A DNA stretch of 64,000 bases, taken from contig CAWHAE010000015.1 in assembly GCA_963827235.1 (NCBI GenBank), positions 18,741-82,740 of the forward strand. Direction: 5' to 3'. Source of the DNA: an uncultured bacterium. GTDB taxonomy: Bacteria > Chloroflexota > UBA5177 > JANWHV01. Within the stretch, counting starts at the first letter, position 1; each line of letters starts with the position of its first letter. Shown in pieces: positions 47,416 through 56,197 of this stretch. The notes beneath the pieces are model-generated. The model saw nothing but the letters and a program-made list of their open reading frames with translations. It was not told where the DNA came from and did not search any database. A program made the position numbers and the translations under genes.

Positions 47416-48510
47416 CTACCGCGACGGAGCGTAGCGGTACACGCCGTACTGCGTTGCGGCGAGGAGGGTGGGCGTGGCATCCGCCGATGCGCCGGCGAGT
47501 GCCAGGGCAAGAATCGTGTTCTGCGCGCCGATCAAGCCTCGGCCAAGCTGCTGCCAGGCGGAGGTTCCCTGCTTGACGTAGATGCCGTATCCCATGGTCC
47601 CGGCGTAGAGCAGCGGCGGCCCGTGGCCGGCAAGCGCCACCAGAGGCATTGCGTGCCGCTCAGGCAGTCCCTGGCTGATGTCGTGCCAGCTGCCCTCTGC
47701 AGGCCGTTCCCACACGCCGCCGCCCATGGTGGTCAGGATCACGGCAGGCGGCTGTGTGTCAAGAGCAAGGAGGGTCTCGGTCGGCAGCTCCGCGGGCAGT
47801 CCGCCGGCTGCCGCGTGCCAGGTGCTCCCGTCGTCGTCGCTGGCCATTACCGGGGGCGTGACGCCGAACACGCTGGCCATGACGTGACTACCGGTTGCCG
47901 GAAACCAGACGATAGAAGAGATGGAGGCGTCATCCGTGCGCGCGGTACGCTTCCACTGCCATCCGTGCGCGCCGCGGGCGCCGCGATAGAGCGCGCCGGA
48001 CGTCCCTGCCAGGATCACCGGCGGCGCGTGCGCGACGGCGAGGCTGAATATCGGGGTGCCTCCGAGGGGGGAGCTCGCCGCTTGCCACGCAACGCTGCCG
48101 AGGATGCCGCCGGCGGCGTGGACCACGCCGTCCTCGTCGCCGGCATAGAGTGTCGTGCCGCCGGTGTCGACGGCCAGCGCAGTGATTACTCGGCCGCGCA
48201 TGCCGGCGCGCTCCCAGGAAGTACCCGCGTCGAGGGATCGCCAGGCGCCGTCGTCGGTGCCGGCGAACAGCACGGCGGGGCGCGCGGGGTCTGCCAGCAG
48301 GGCGTTGGTCTGCTCCCGCAGTCCGGTAGCCGTCCACAAGCCGCCGGTCCGGGGTCCCGTCCACACCGCGGGCGTAGCCGGCCCCGCGCTTCGGTCGGCT
48401 ACGCCCAGGACGGAGGCGAGGACGGTAATGAGCAGGAGCACGATGACTCCCAGCCGCTTGCCCCGGATGCCGTTCCACCCGGGCCCACCGTCTCCGTCAC
48501 GTATCTTCAT
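47416..48510 (-). CDS. Membrane-anchored BNR/Asp-box beta-propeller protein (Ycf48-like)
   Basis: N-terminal TM (LGVIVLLLITVLASVLGV). Asp-boxes SLDAGTSW and SDDDGSTW. Starts 16 nt downstream of the cupredoxin stop. Confidence 0.65.
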   Translation of the reverse strand: MKIRDGDGGPGWNGIRGKRLGVIVLLLITVLASVLGVADRSAGPATPAVWTGPRTGGLWTATGLREQTNALLADPARPAVLFAGTDDGAWRSLDAGTSWERAGMRGRVITALAVDTGGTTLYAGDEDGVVHAAGGILGSVAWQAASSPLGGTPIFSLAVAHAPPVILAGTSGALYRGARGAHGWQWKRTARTDDASISSIVWFPATGSHVMASVFGVTPPVMASDDDGSTWHAAAGGLPAELPTETLLALDTQPPAVILTTMGGGVWERPAEGSWHDISQGLPERHAMPLVALAGHGPPLLYAGTMGYGIYVKQGTSAWQQLGRGLIGAQNTILALALAGASADATPTLLAATQYGVYRYAPSR

Positions 48511-48526
48511 CTGCAGCTTGAGGAGC

Positions 48527-49591
48527 TCAGCTCGCGTACGTCACGGAGGCCGTCTTCACGGTGGCCGAGACCACGAACTTGTCCCACATGCCGGCCAGTG
48601 CATGCCCGGGGACGCCGCAAATCAGCATGTACGTGCCGGCCTTGTTGGCCACGAACGTGAATGTAGTCGGACCGCTCGTTCTCGGCGGGCGATTGCCGGC
48701 CGGCGGCCGGCCGGAGGACGAGCCGCCGGCGCCGGGCCGGAAGCCCGAGAAGGACGAGCGGGCGCCCGCGAAAGCCGGCGTGACGCTGTGGCTCGGCAAC
48801 GCCCGCATATTGGGGATTACCAGCACGTCGTGCGGCGTGGTCGAGTCATTCTTGAACGTGGCGACCACCTTGGAGCCGAGTGGCACGGTCACGGTCATGC
48901 GGCCGTAGGCGCCGCCGTCGAAGTTGAAGCCGGCATTGGCATTGTTCCAATCCGCCACCAGGGTGAGGTCGACGACATTGCCCTTGGTCGTCACCCAGGT
49001 AGGCGTCTTCGAAGGCGGAGCGGCAGGCGCGCCGGTGGTGGCGAGGTCGGAGCCGTTGAAGGCGACGCTCGCGGTCTTGGCTGAAGACGATACGATCAGC
49101 GTGTCCCACATGCCGGCCAGCGCGTGGCCGGAAATACCGCATACGATCATGTAGGTGCCTGCTGTGCTTGCCACAAATGAGAACGCCTGGGCCGTGCTCG
49201 GCCGCGGCGCGCTGCCGGGGCGGAACTGAGGCAGTGGCGAGGCGGCGCCGGCAAATGCCGGCTTCGTGGCACCGCCGGGAAGTGCCTTCTGGAAGGGAAT
49301 GATTACCGCGTCGTGCAGCGCCCCGGAGCCGGCGTTCTTGAACGTAGCATCCACCGTGTCGCCGAGCGGTATGGTCACCACCATCTGCCCGTGCGCGGCG
49401 CCGTTGAAGTTGAATCCGGCGTTGACGTTGTTCCAGCCCGCGATCAGCGTGAGGTGGACGACCTTTCCCGTCGTGGTCACCCAGGTGGGTGCCTGGGCAG
49501 CCGCCCGCGCCCCGGCCGGGCCGACCAGGCCGGCAAGCACGGCTCCCGCGATCAGACCGCCCTGTATGCAGTGTGTTCTGGACCTTGGCAT
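48527..49591 (-). CDS. Exported tandem (two-domain) sulfocyanin/rusticyanin-type blue copper protein
   Basis: Track ORF 48527..49675; Met29 (49591) chosen, followed by a signal peptide. Each half carries GFNF(N/D)G, a His ligand (LHD / PHD) and C-x4-H-x4-M (CGISGHALAGM, CGVPGHALAGM). Confidence 0.8.
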   Translation of the reverse strand: MPRSRTHCIQGGLIAGAVLAGLVGPAGARAAAQAPTWVTTTGKVVHLTLIAGWNNVNAGFNFNGAAHGQMVVTIPLGDTVDATFKNAGSGALHDAVIIPFQKALPGGATKPAFAGAASPLPQFRPGSAPRPSTAQAFSFVASTAGTYMIVCGISGHALAGMWDTLIVSSSAKTASVAFNGSDLATTGAPAAPPSKTPTWVTTKGNVVDLTLVADWNNANAGFNFDGGAYGRMTVTVPLGSKVVATFKNDSTTPHDVLVIPNMRALPSHSVTPAFAGARSSFSGFRPGAGGSSSGRPPAGNRPPRTSGPTTFTFVANKAGTYMLICGVPGHALAGMWDKFVVSATVKTASVTYAS

Positions 49592-49706
49592 GCTACTGAA
49601 AACCTCCACTCCGGCGGCGAACACACCGCGCCGTTCGGGCAACATCGCCCGACCGTCACGCCGCCCACCGCCCACTCCACTCCTGTCACGGCCGCGCGAC
49701 CATGAC

Positions 49707-49724
49707 TACTACACAAGCGTAGTA
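49707..49724. promoter_or_regulatory. Palindrome TACTAC-N6-GTAGTA upstream of the cupredoxin operon (candidate BlaI-type operator)
   Basis: TACTACacaagcGTAGTA, 116-133 nt upstream of the start at 49591. Same core as the site at 50724..50741. Confidence 0.5.
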
Positions 49725-49913
49725 AATCGTCCGGTAACGATCAATGGCTCCGGCCGAAGGGGCCGTACCCGAGATCCGATCCAGCCCCTCGGTCCGCCGA
49801 TCCGCGGACCGAGGCCGTCGTGCCCGCCTCCCGACGTGCCCGGCATGGCTTCCATCCTCGCAAGACAACAACCCGCTGCATCACACTGTGCAGGGGTTCC
49901 GGCCGGACGCCGG

Positions 49914-50675
49914 CTACCGTGACGCGCCGGCGATACCGCCGGCCAGCAGCGAATACGACTGCTCACCCGAGTCGGCATAGCGAATGATGCCGTTCTTGTC
50001 GAGCACGTAGATCGTGGGGTAGCTGCTCACGCCGTATGTGTTGACCGTTGAGAAATTGGGATCGATCAGTGTCGGGTGCTTGACGCCGAAGTTCTGGATA
50101 AACCAGCTGACGTCGGACTTGGACACGCCGCTGAGGTCGGTGCCGCCGCTCGTGTCGTAGTTGCGGCCGTAGGGACTGGAGAGCACGGCCAGCGTCTGCA
50201 GGCCCTTGGGGCCATAGTTCTTGTCGATCTGGTTCAGGATGCCGGACTCCGCCTGGCAGTACGGGCACCAAACGGCGAAGAACTCGAGCAGCACGGGCCG
50301 GCCCTTCAGCGACGAGAGGCTGTAGCGTTTGCCGTCTATGGTCGAGAGCGTGAAGCCCGGCGCCGCGGTCCCGGTGCTCAGCAGCTGCCCGCTAGGGTTG
50401 TAGGCACTCGCGCTCACCAGGTCACCTGCCGTGCTCGTGGTGCTCCTGGTGGCCAGGATAGCGGCTGCGATGCCGGCGGCGATGAGCACCAGCAGGCCGG
50501 ACGAGAGCAGCACGAAGCGCTTGCGGGCACGCGCCGCCGACGTCCGCCTCATATACCGGGAGCGCACCGGCTTGACGGGGGCTTGCAACGCCGATCGCCG
50601 GGTGGACAGGGTAGCCACACCGTCCTGCGTGCTGGTCGTTCGATCGCTTCTGGCGAGGCTCGATCGCTTGCTCAT
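49914..50675 (-). CDS. Membrane-anchored TlpA/ResA-like thiol:disulfide oxidoreductase
   Basis: Track ORF 49914..50927; Met85 (50675) chosen. One TM, thioredoxin fold with FFAVWCPYCQ and SSYPTIYVLD. Confidence 0.8.
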   Translation of the reverse strand: MSKRSSLARSDRTTSTQDGVATLSTRRSALQAPVKPVRSRYMRRTSAARARKRFVLLSSGLLVLIAAGIAAAILATRSTTSTAGDLVSASAYNPSGQLLSTGTAAPGFTLSTIDGKRYSLSSLKGRPVLLEFFAVWCPYCQAESGILNQIDKNYGPKGLQTLAVLSSPYGRNYDTSGGTDLSGVSKSDVSWFIQNFGVKHPTLIDPNFSTVNTYGVSSYPTIYVLDKNGIIRYADSGEQSYSLLAGGIAGASR

Positions 50676-50720
50676 CTTGTCCTTCTCTGTCCGATAGCAC
50701 CCAACCGGCATTTGGTGAAT

Positions 50721-50745
50721 TTGTACTACGCAAATGTAGTATAAT
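50721..50745. promoter_or_regulatory. Palindrome TTGTACTAC-N6-GTAGTATAA overlapping a TATAAT hexamer in the tlpA/blaI divergent spacer
   Basis: Core TACTACgcaaatGTAGTA at 50724..50741, with 8/9 complementary 9-nt arms. TATAAT at 50740..50745. Confidence 0.55.
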
Positions 50746-50882
50746 TGACCCACAGAACGCGTCAAGACACGATGCCGGCCGGGCCGGTGGTTGTTTCTCT
50801 TCCTCTTCGTTCGTACGATCGAGGGGAACCAGGAATAGGCGGCCCCGCGTGGGCGGGCCTGCAGCGCACGAAGGAATCGCGA

Positions 50883-51317
50883 ATGGTGCGTCGCGGACGG
50901 CGGGATCGGCGTGACCTCGCCGTGCATGGCGAACAGAAGTATCTGGGCGAGCTGCAGGCACAGATCATGGAGATCGCGTGGTCTCGCGCCGCCGTGACCG
51001 TGCGCGAGGTCATGGATGCCCTGGGCGCCGGCCGCGATCTGGCCTATACGACGGTCATGACCGTGATGTCGCGACTGGCGGACCAGAGTATCCTCAGCCG
51101 CGAGCGCGTAGGCAAGACCTATGTCTACCGACCGGCCTGCTCGCGCGATGAGTTTCGAGCCGGCATCGCGGGCACCATCGTCAACGACTTGATCGTCGAC
51201 TTCGGCGATCTCGCTCTATCGCAATTCGTCGACGCGCTCGAGCGTACGGATCCCGGTCGCCTGGAGCGCCTGCGCGTGTTCTTCAATGCCGCCGAGCAGA
51301 CAGATGACCGTCCGTAG
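50883..51317 (+). CDS. BlaI/MecI/CopY-family transcriptional repressor
   Basis: Track ORF 50745..51317; Met47 (50883) gives 144 aa. Winged helix LGELQAQIMEIAW...TVREV...AYTTVMTVMSRL..K..L.RE..G..YVY. No C-terminal CxC Cu motif. Confidence 0.8.
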   Translation: MVRRGRRDRRDLAVHGEQKYLGELQAQIMEIAWSRAAVTVREVMDALGAGRDLAYTTVMTVMSRLADQSILSRERVGKTYVYRPACSRDEFRAGIAGTIVNDLIVDFGDLALSQFVDALERTDPGRLERLRVFFNAAEQTDDRP

Positions 51318-52296
51318 GCCGTTTGCCGGTCTTCTGGCCGTGGCTGCTCTCGGCACGGCCCTTGCCGCCGCTCTGCTGCTGGTTGCTTTCCCTCCGCCCC
51401 CGCTCGGGGAGGCACTCAGACGCTGCTGCGAGTCCGGCAACTTCTGCTCCAGTCTGTTGCGATTCGGGCATCAGGTTGGTACGCCGCTCTTTCTCGCCCT
51501 GCTCCCCTGGTGCCTGCTCCGGGGACTGGGCCATGGCGCGCACCAGTGGTGGCTGACCCACCGCGCCGTCGGGCGCCTGCGAGCGCGCGGCACTTGCGCG
51601 GTGACAGGCGAGGTGCAGGCGCTCTCCTCACGGCTCGGATTGCACCAGCGGCTGACCATCGTCGACATCGACGCGCCGCTCGCCTTCTGCCACGGCCTCT
51701 GGCGACCGTGTGTGTGGTTGTCGACGGGCATGCTGAATCTGCTTTCCATCCCGGAAGCAGCCGCGGTGCTGCGCCACGAGCAGGCGCACCTGCGTCTCCG
51801 GCACCCGTTGCAGCTCCTGGTAGCGCGCTCCCTGGCCGCCGCTTTCCCGTTCCTGCCCGTGCTGCGCGAGCTGACCGAGGCGGTCGTGCGCGCGCAAGAG
51901 CTGGCCGCGGATCGCGCGGTGATCGGTGCCGGCGAGCGCTATGCACTGGGACGTGCGCTGCTGGCTCTGGCTGCCGCGCCGAGAGCGACCGTGAGCGTTC
52001 CGGCCCCGAGCATGGTCGGTGCCCTGGATGCCCGGCTCGATCAGCTTACCGGCGTGAGCTCCGCGCCGCTGCAGCTCTCACGGCGCGCGCTGGTTCTTAC
52101 CTGGCTGGCATTTGCGTTCGGCGTGCTACTGCTTCGCATGAGCAGCATGGCGCTGCCTCCGCAACACACGCTGCTCGGCCTGTTCGAGCTGCCGCCGGTG
52201 CGGCTCGCCGTATCCTGGCCCTGCCTGGCTGCCGCGTGTCTGCTGGCCGGCGCGCTGCAGGCGGCATCCCTGGCGATGGCGCGCGACCCATCCTAA
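51304..52296 (+). CDS. M56-family (BlaR1-type) membrane metallopeptidase without a penicillin-binding sensor domain
   Basis: Track ORF 51286..52296. Met7 (51304) overlaps the blaI stop by 14 nt. HEQAH zinc motif in AAVLRHEQAHLRLRHP, several TMs, Cys-rich loop RRCCESGNFCSS. Confidence 0.75.
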   Translation: MTVRRPFAGLLAVAALGTALAAALLLVAFPPPPLGEALRRCCESGNFCSSLLRFGHQVGTPLFLALLPWCLLRGLGHGAHQWWLTHRAVGRLRARGTCAVTGEVQALSSRLGLHQRLTIVDIDAPLAFCHGLWRPCVWLSTGMLNLLSIPEAAAVLRHEQAHLRLRHPLQLLVARSLAAAFPFLPVLRELTEAVVRAQELAADRAVIGAGERYALGRALLALAAAPRATVSVPAPSMVGALDARLDQLTGVSSAPLQLSRRALVLTWLAFAFGVLLLRMSSMALPPQHTLLGLFELPPVRLAVSWPCLAAACLLAGALQAASLAMARDPS

Positions 52297-52675
52297 AGGC
52301 AAGCCACGCTGGGAACCACAACGGCAGCGCGCGCATACGATGTCCCACAATTCATCACAGGGACCTCGCTGCTGCCCTGCCGACCCACTGCGGCAGGTAT
52401 CCCGATCCCAGCCTGGCGCTAGTGCCGGCGCGGCCATTCACCCCGAGCCCAGAGGGGCTGCGCCGACCGGAATCCCGTGCTATCCTACAAGAAGAGTGTC
52501 CAAACAGTTGAAGCAGTAATTTCCTCCATTCATCGCATCGCGCGCATGCCGGGCGGCAGGGTGATGGTTGCGCCGGCGGACCTCCAGGCAAACAGTGTTG
52601 GCCCCGCATACGGGGTTAGGGTGGGTATCGTCCAAGGTGAGTCAAGAATACGCAGCCCCTGCCGCTGGTCTCCAG

Positions 52676-53641
52676 ATGTCGCATGCCGATGCGAGCATCT
52701 CGGTGATCATTTGCGCCTATGCGGACGCGCGTTCCAGCCTGCTGGCAGCAGCAGTGCAGTCGGTTGGTGCCCAGAGCCTGCCCGCGTGTGAGATCATCGT
52801 GGTCGTCGATCACAACGCCGCGCTCCTCGCCTGGGTGCGTGCCGAGCTGCCCGGCGTCGTGGCACTGGCGAATTGCCACGATCGCGGCCTGAGCGGCGCC
52901 CGCAATACGGGAGTGGAGGCTGCGCGGGGCACGGTCGTGGCTTTTCTGGACGACGATGCCCTCGCGACTCCCGAGTGGCTGCTTCGCCTGCAGGTCTGCT
53001 ACGAGGATGCGCGGGTAGTGGGCGCCGGCGGATCCATCTCGCCGCTGTGGGAAGCCGGCAGACCGACCTGGTTTCCGCCCGAATTCGACTGGGTGGTGGG
53101 CTGCACCTATCGCGGCATGCCCGCTTCGGTCAGCGCGGTCCGCAACCTGATTGGCGCCAACATGTCCTTCCGGCGCGACGCCTGTCTGGAAGTGGGAGGC
53201 TTTCGCAGCGCGCTCGGCCGCGTGGGTGCTTCGGGAGCAGGCTGCGAGGAAACGGAGCTGTGTATCCGCCTCCGGCACCACGATCCGCGTCGCCTCGTGC
53301 TCTACGATCCACGCGCCCGGGTGCTGCATCACGTGCCGAGCGGCCGGACCCGACGCGAGTACTTCATCAAACGCTGCCTTGGCGAAGGCCGCTCCAAGGC
53401 CCAGGTCGCATCCTCGGTAGGGGCCGGCGACGGGCTTTCGGCCGAGCGGGCCTACACACTCAGGACGCTCCCCTTGGGCTGCGCGCGAGGGGTGGCCGAA
53501 GGGGTCGTCAGAGGAGATGCTTCCGGGTTCGCCCGCGCGGGCGCCATCGCCGGGGGCCTCGCCGTCACGACCGTGGGCTACCTGAGCGGCCGGCTGCAGA
53601 GACGATCCGCGCCGGCGGAGATCCTCAATGGCGGCAAGTAG
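52676..53641 (+). CDS. Family 2 glycosyltransferase
   Basis: Track ORF 52568..53641; Met37 (52676) chosen. ISVIICAY..., VVVDHN, LDDDA (DxD), and a hydrophobic C-terminus. Confidence 0.8.
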   Translation: MSHADASISVIICAYADARSSLLAAAVQSVGAQSLPACEIIVVVDHNAALLAWVRAELPGVVALANCHDRGLSGARNTGVEAARGTVVAFLDDDALATPEWLLRLQVCYEDARVVGAGGSISPLWEAGRPTWFPPEFDWVVGCTYRGMPASVSAVRNLIGANMSFRRDACLEVGGFRSALGRVGASGAGCEETELCIRLRHHDPRRLVLYDPRARVLHHVPSGRTRREYFIKRCLGEGRSKAQVASSVGAGDGLSAERAYTLRTLPLGCARGVAEGVVRGDASGFARAGAIAGGLAVTTVGYLSGRLQRRSAPAEILNGGK

Positions 53642-54845
53642 GCCGGACGCCGCGGCGTCCGTTTCTCGTACGGGCGTGACGCGCGTGCTGATGGTGACAC
53701 CCCGCTATTATCCGCTGTCCGGCGGCGTGGAGCATCACGTCCGGCAGGTGGCCGAACGGCTGGCGCGCCTCGGCATCGAGGTCTCCGTGCTGACGACCGA
53801 TCCGTCGGGGCGGCTCCGGCGGCGGGAGCTGCTCGACGGCGTCACGGTGCGGCGTGTCCGGGCGTGGCCGTCCAATCGCGACTACTACTTCGCGCCGTCT
53901 ATCTACACGTCGATCCGCCGCGGGGACTGGGATATCGTGCATTGCCAGTCTTACCACACACTGGTCGCGCCCCTGGCCATGGCCGCCGCGGTGCGGGCCG
54001 GCCTTCCCTACGTGGTGACGTTTCACGGCGGTGGAAGCAGCTCGCGCCTGCGACATGCCGCTCGCGGGCAGCAGCTCCGACTGCTCCGCCCCCTGCTGGC
54101 CCGCGCGGACAAGCTCGTGGCCGTGGCGGGGTTCGAGGTCGATCTGTATGGAAAGCTCCTTGGTGTCCCTCGCGACCGCTTCGCGGTCATTCCCAACGGG
54201 GCGGATGTGACTGCCGTGCCGCATCCCGACGCGCCGCCGCCGTCCGGATCGCTGATCATCTCGATCGGCCGGCTGGAGCGCTACAAGGGGCACCAGCGCA
54301 TTCTCGCCGCCTTCCCCGCCGTTCTGGCCCGGCGTCCCGACGCCCGGCTGTGGATCATGGGAGAAGGCCGATACGAGGGCGCCTTGCGCAAGCAGGCGCA
54401 GGATCTTCGCGTGGCAGATCGGGTAGAGATTCGCGCCATTCCTCCGGGCAACCGTCAGGCCATGGCCGATGCCCTCTCCGGGGCCGCGCTGGTCACCCTG
54501 CTCAGCGAGTACGAGACGCATCCGATCGCCGTGCTCGAGGCGTTGGCGCTCGGGCGATCGGTGCTCGTGGCCGATACGTCGGGTCTACACGAGCTGGCAA
54601 TGAAGGGCCTGGTCCGGGCGATCCCTCTTGTTTCCACACCCCGGCAGGTTGCCGCGGCAGTGCTGGCCCAGCTCGAGCAGCCCCTGCAGCCAAAGGACGT
54701 CGTACTGCCGACCTGGGATAGCTGTACTCATGAGCTTCTGGCACTCTATGATAGGGTATGGCTCGATCGCGCGGCCCGCACAGGCAGCTGCGGAAGTGCA
54801 GCGTCCACACGACATGGGGGTCGGGACGTAGCTCTCCGTGCCTGA
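53628..54845 (+). CDS. Family 4 (GT-B) glycosyltransferase
   Basis: RVLMVTPRYYPLSGGVEHHV N-terminus and E..P..VLEALA.G..V C-terminal motif. Overlaps the upstream gene by 14 nt. Confidence 0.85.
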   Translation: MAASRPDAAASVSRTGVTRVLMVTPRYYPLSGGVEHHVRQVAERLARLGIEVSVLTTDPSGRLRRRELLDGVTVRRVRAWPSNRDYYFAPSIYTSIRRGDWDIVHCQSYHTLVAPLAMAAAVRAGLPYVVTFHGGGSSSRLRHAARGQQLRLLRPLLARADKLVAVAGFEVDLYGKLLGVPRDRFAVIPNGADVTAVPHPDAPPPSGSLIISIGRLERYKGHQRILAAFPAVLARRPDARLWIMGEGRYEGALRKQAQDLRVADRVEIRAIPPGNRQAMADALSGAALVTLLSEYETHPIAVLEALALGRSVLVADTSGLHELAMKGLVRAIPLVSTPRQVAAAVLAQLEQPLQPKDVVLPTWDSCTHELLALYDRVWLDRAARTGSCGSAASTRHGGRDVALRA

Positions 54846-56184
54846 CGCTCTTGGAGACAGGCCGTCCTCCGTCGACGGGGACGAGAACCGGAAGCCTTCA
54901 GCTTCCGGGCCGCAAGATGAGGAGGACAGAGTCATTCGCGTTCTGATGCTCTCGCAGTTCTACCCGCCAACGCTGGGTGGCGAGGAGCAGCACGTGCACG
55001 CGCTGAGTACCTCCCTGGCGGCCCGTGGACATTCAACGTCGGTGGCCACGCTCTGGCGCCCCGGTCTTCCCGAGATCGAGACCGATAAGGGCGTGACCGT
55101 CTACCGCATACGGGGTGTCGCACAGCGCATACCCTGGGCCTACCAGGAGAGCGATCGACGGCACACGCCGCCGGTCCCGGACCCCGAGCTTGCCTGGCAT
55201 CTGCGCACGGTTGTGATGCGCGAGCGACCAGACATCGTGCACGCGCACAACTGGATGGTCCATTCCTTCCTGCCGCTCAAGTCCATGAGCCGCAGCAAGC
55301 TGGTGCTCACGCTCCATGACTACAGTCTGATCTGCGCCCAGAAGCGGCTCATGTACGAGCACACGCCCTGCAGTGGGCCGGGAGCGATCAAGTGCCTGCG
55401 CTGTTGCGGTGCCCACTATGGCACGCTGAAGGGCATGCCGATCGCGGCGGCGAACTGGGTAATGAGCCTCGAAGAGAGGCGGTCGGTCGACTGGTTTCTA
55501 GCCGTCAGCCAGGCGGTCGCCGATCGGAACAGGCTGCCTGTTTCGCGTACGGAGGTGGTGCCGAACCTCGTGCCCGACGAGCTGGGGAATCTGCAGGGCG
55601 ATCCGCCACCCGAGCTGGACCAGCTCCCGCAAGGCGACTTCATCCTCTTCGCCGGCGACCTGAGCGCGGACAAGGGCGTGCCGGTGCTGCTTGCCGCCTA
55701 CGCCAAGCTTTCGTCGCCGCCGCCGCTCGTGCTGCTGGGCCGGCGATGTGCGGACACACCGACCACGCTGCCGCCCGGTGCCAGGATGTTCTTCAGTTGG
55801 CCGCGCCGCTCGGTGCTCTGGGCCTGGAGCCGGTGCATGCTGGCGGTGGTGCCTTCGGTCTGGGAAGAGCCGTGGGGGACGGTGGCGGTGGAAGCGATGG
55901 TCATGGGTAAGCCTGTGATCGCCTCGCGCTTCGGCGGTCTGCCGGACCTCGTTGCCGACGGACTGACGGGTCTGCTCGTACCGCCGGGCGACATCGAGGC
56001 CCTGCGCGCGGCATTGGCGAGGATCCTGAACGACCGCGACGAACGCGAGCGCATGGGCCGGGCCGCACTGAAGCATGCGACCCGGTTCTACGTCAGCTCA
56101 GTAGTCCCGCGCATCGAGCAGGTCTACCGCAGCCTGATGCAGCAGGAGCCGCGCGCTGGGCAGGGCAGCGAACTGGCCGGCTAG
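54838..56184 (+). CDS. Family 4 (GT-B) glycosyltransferase
   Basis: IRVLMLSQFYPPTLGGEEQHV, and EPWGTVAVEAMVMGKPVIASRFGGLPDLV. GTG start overlaps the previous stop by 8 nt. Confidence 0.85.
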   Translation: MPDALGDRPSSVDGDENRKPSASGPQDEEDRVIRVLMLSQFYPPTLGGEEQHVHALSTSLAARGHSTSVATLWRPGLPEIETDKGVTVYRIRGVAQRIPWAYQESDRRHTPPVPDPELAWHLRTVVMRERPDIVHAHNWMVHSFLPLKSMSRSKLVLTLHDYSLICAQKRLMYEHTPCSGPGAIKCLRCCGAHYGTLKGMPIAAANWVMSLEERRSVDWFLAVSQAVADRNRLPVSRTEVVPNLVPDELGNLQGDPPPELDQLPQGDFILFAGDLSADKGVPVLLAAYAKLSSPPPLVLLGRRCADTPTTLPPGARMFFSWPRRSVLWAWSRCMLAVVPSVWEEPWGTVAVEAMVMGKPVIASRFGGLPDLVADGLTGLLVPPGDIEALRAALARILNDRDERERMGRAALKHATRFYVSSVVPRIEQVYRSLMQQEPRAGQGSELAG

Positions 56185-56197
56185 GGACACGCGCGGC

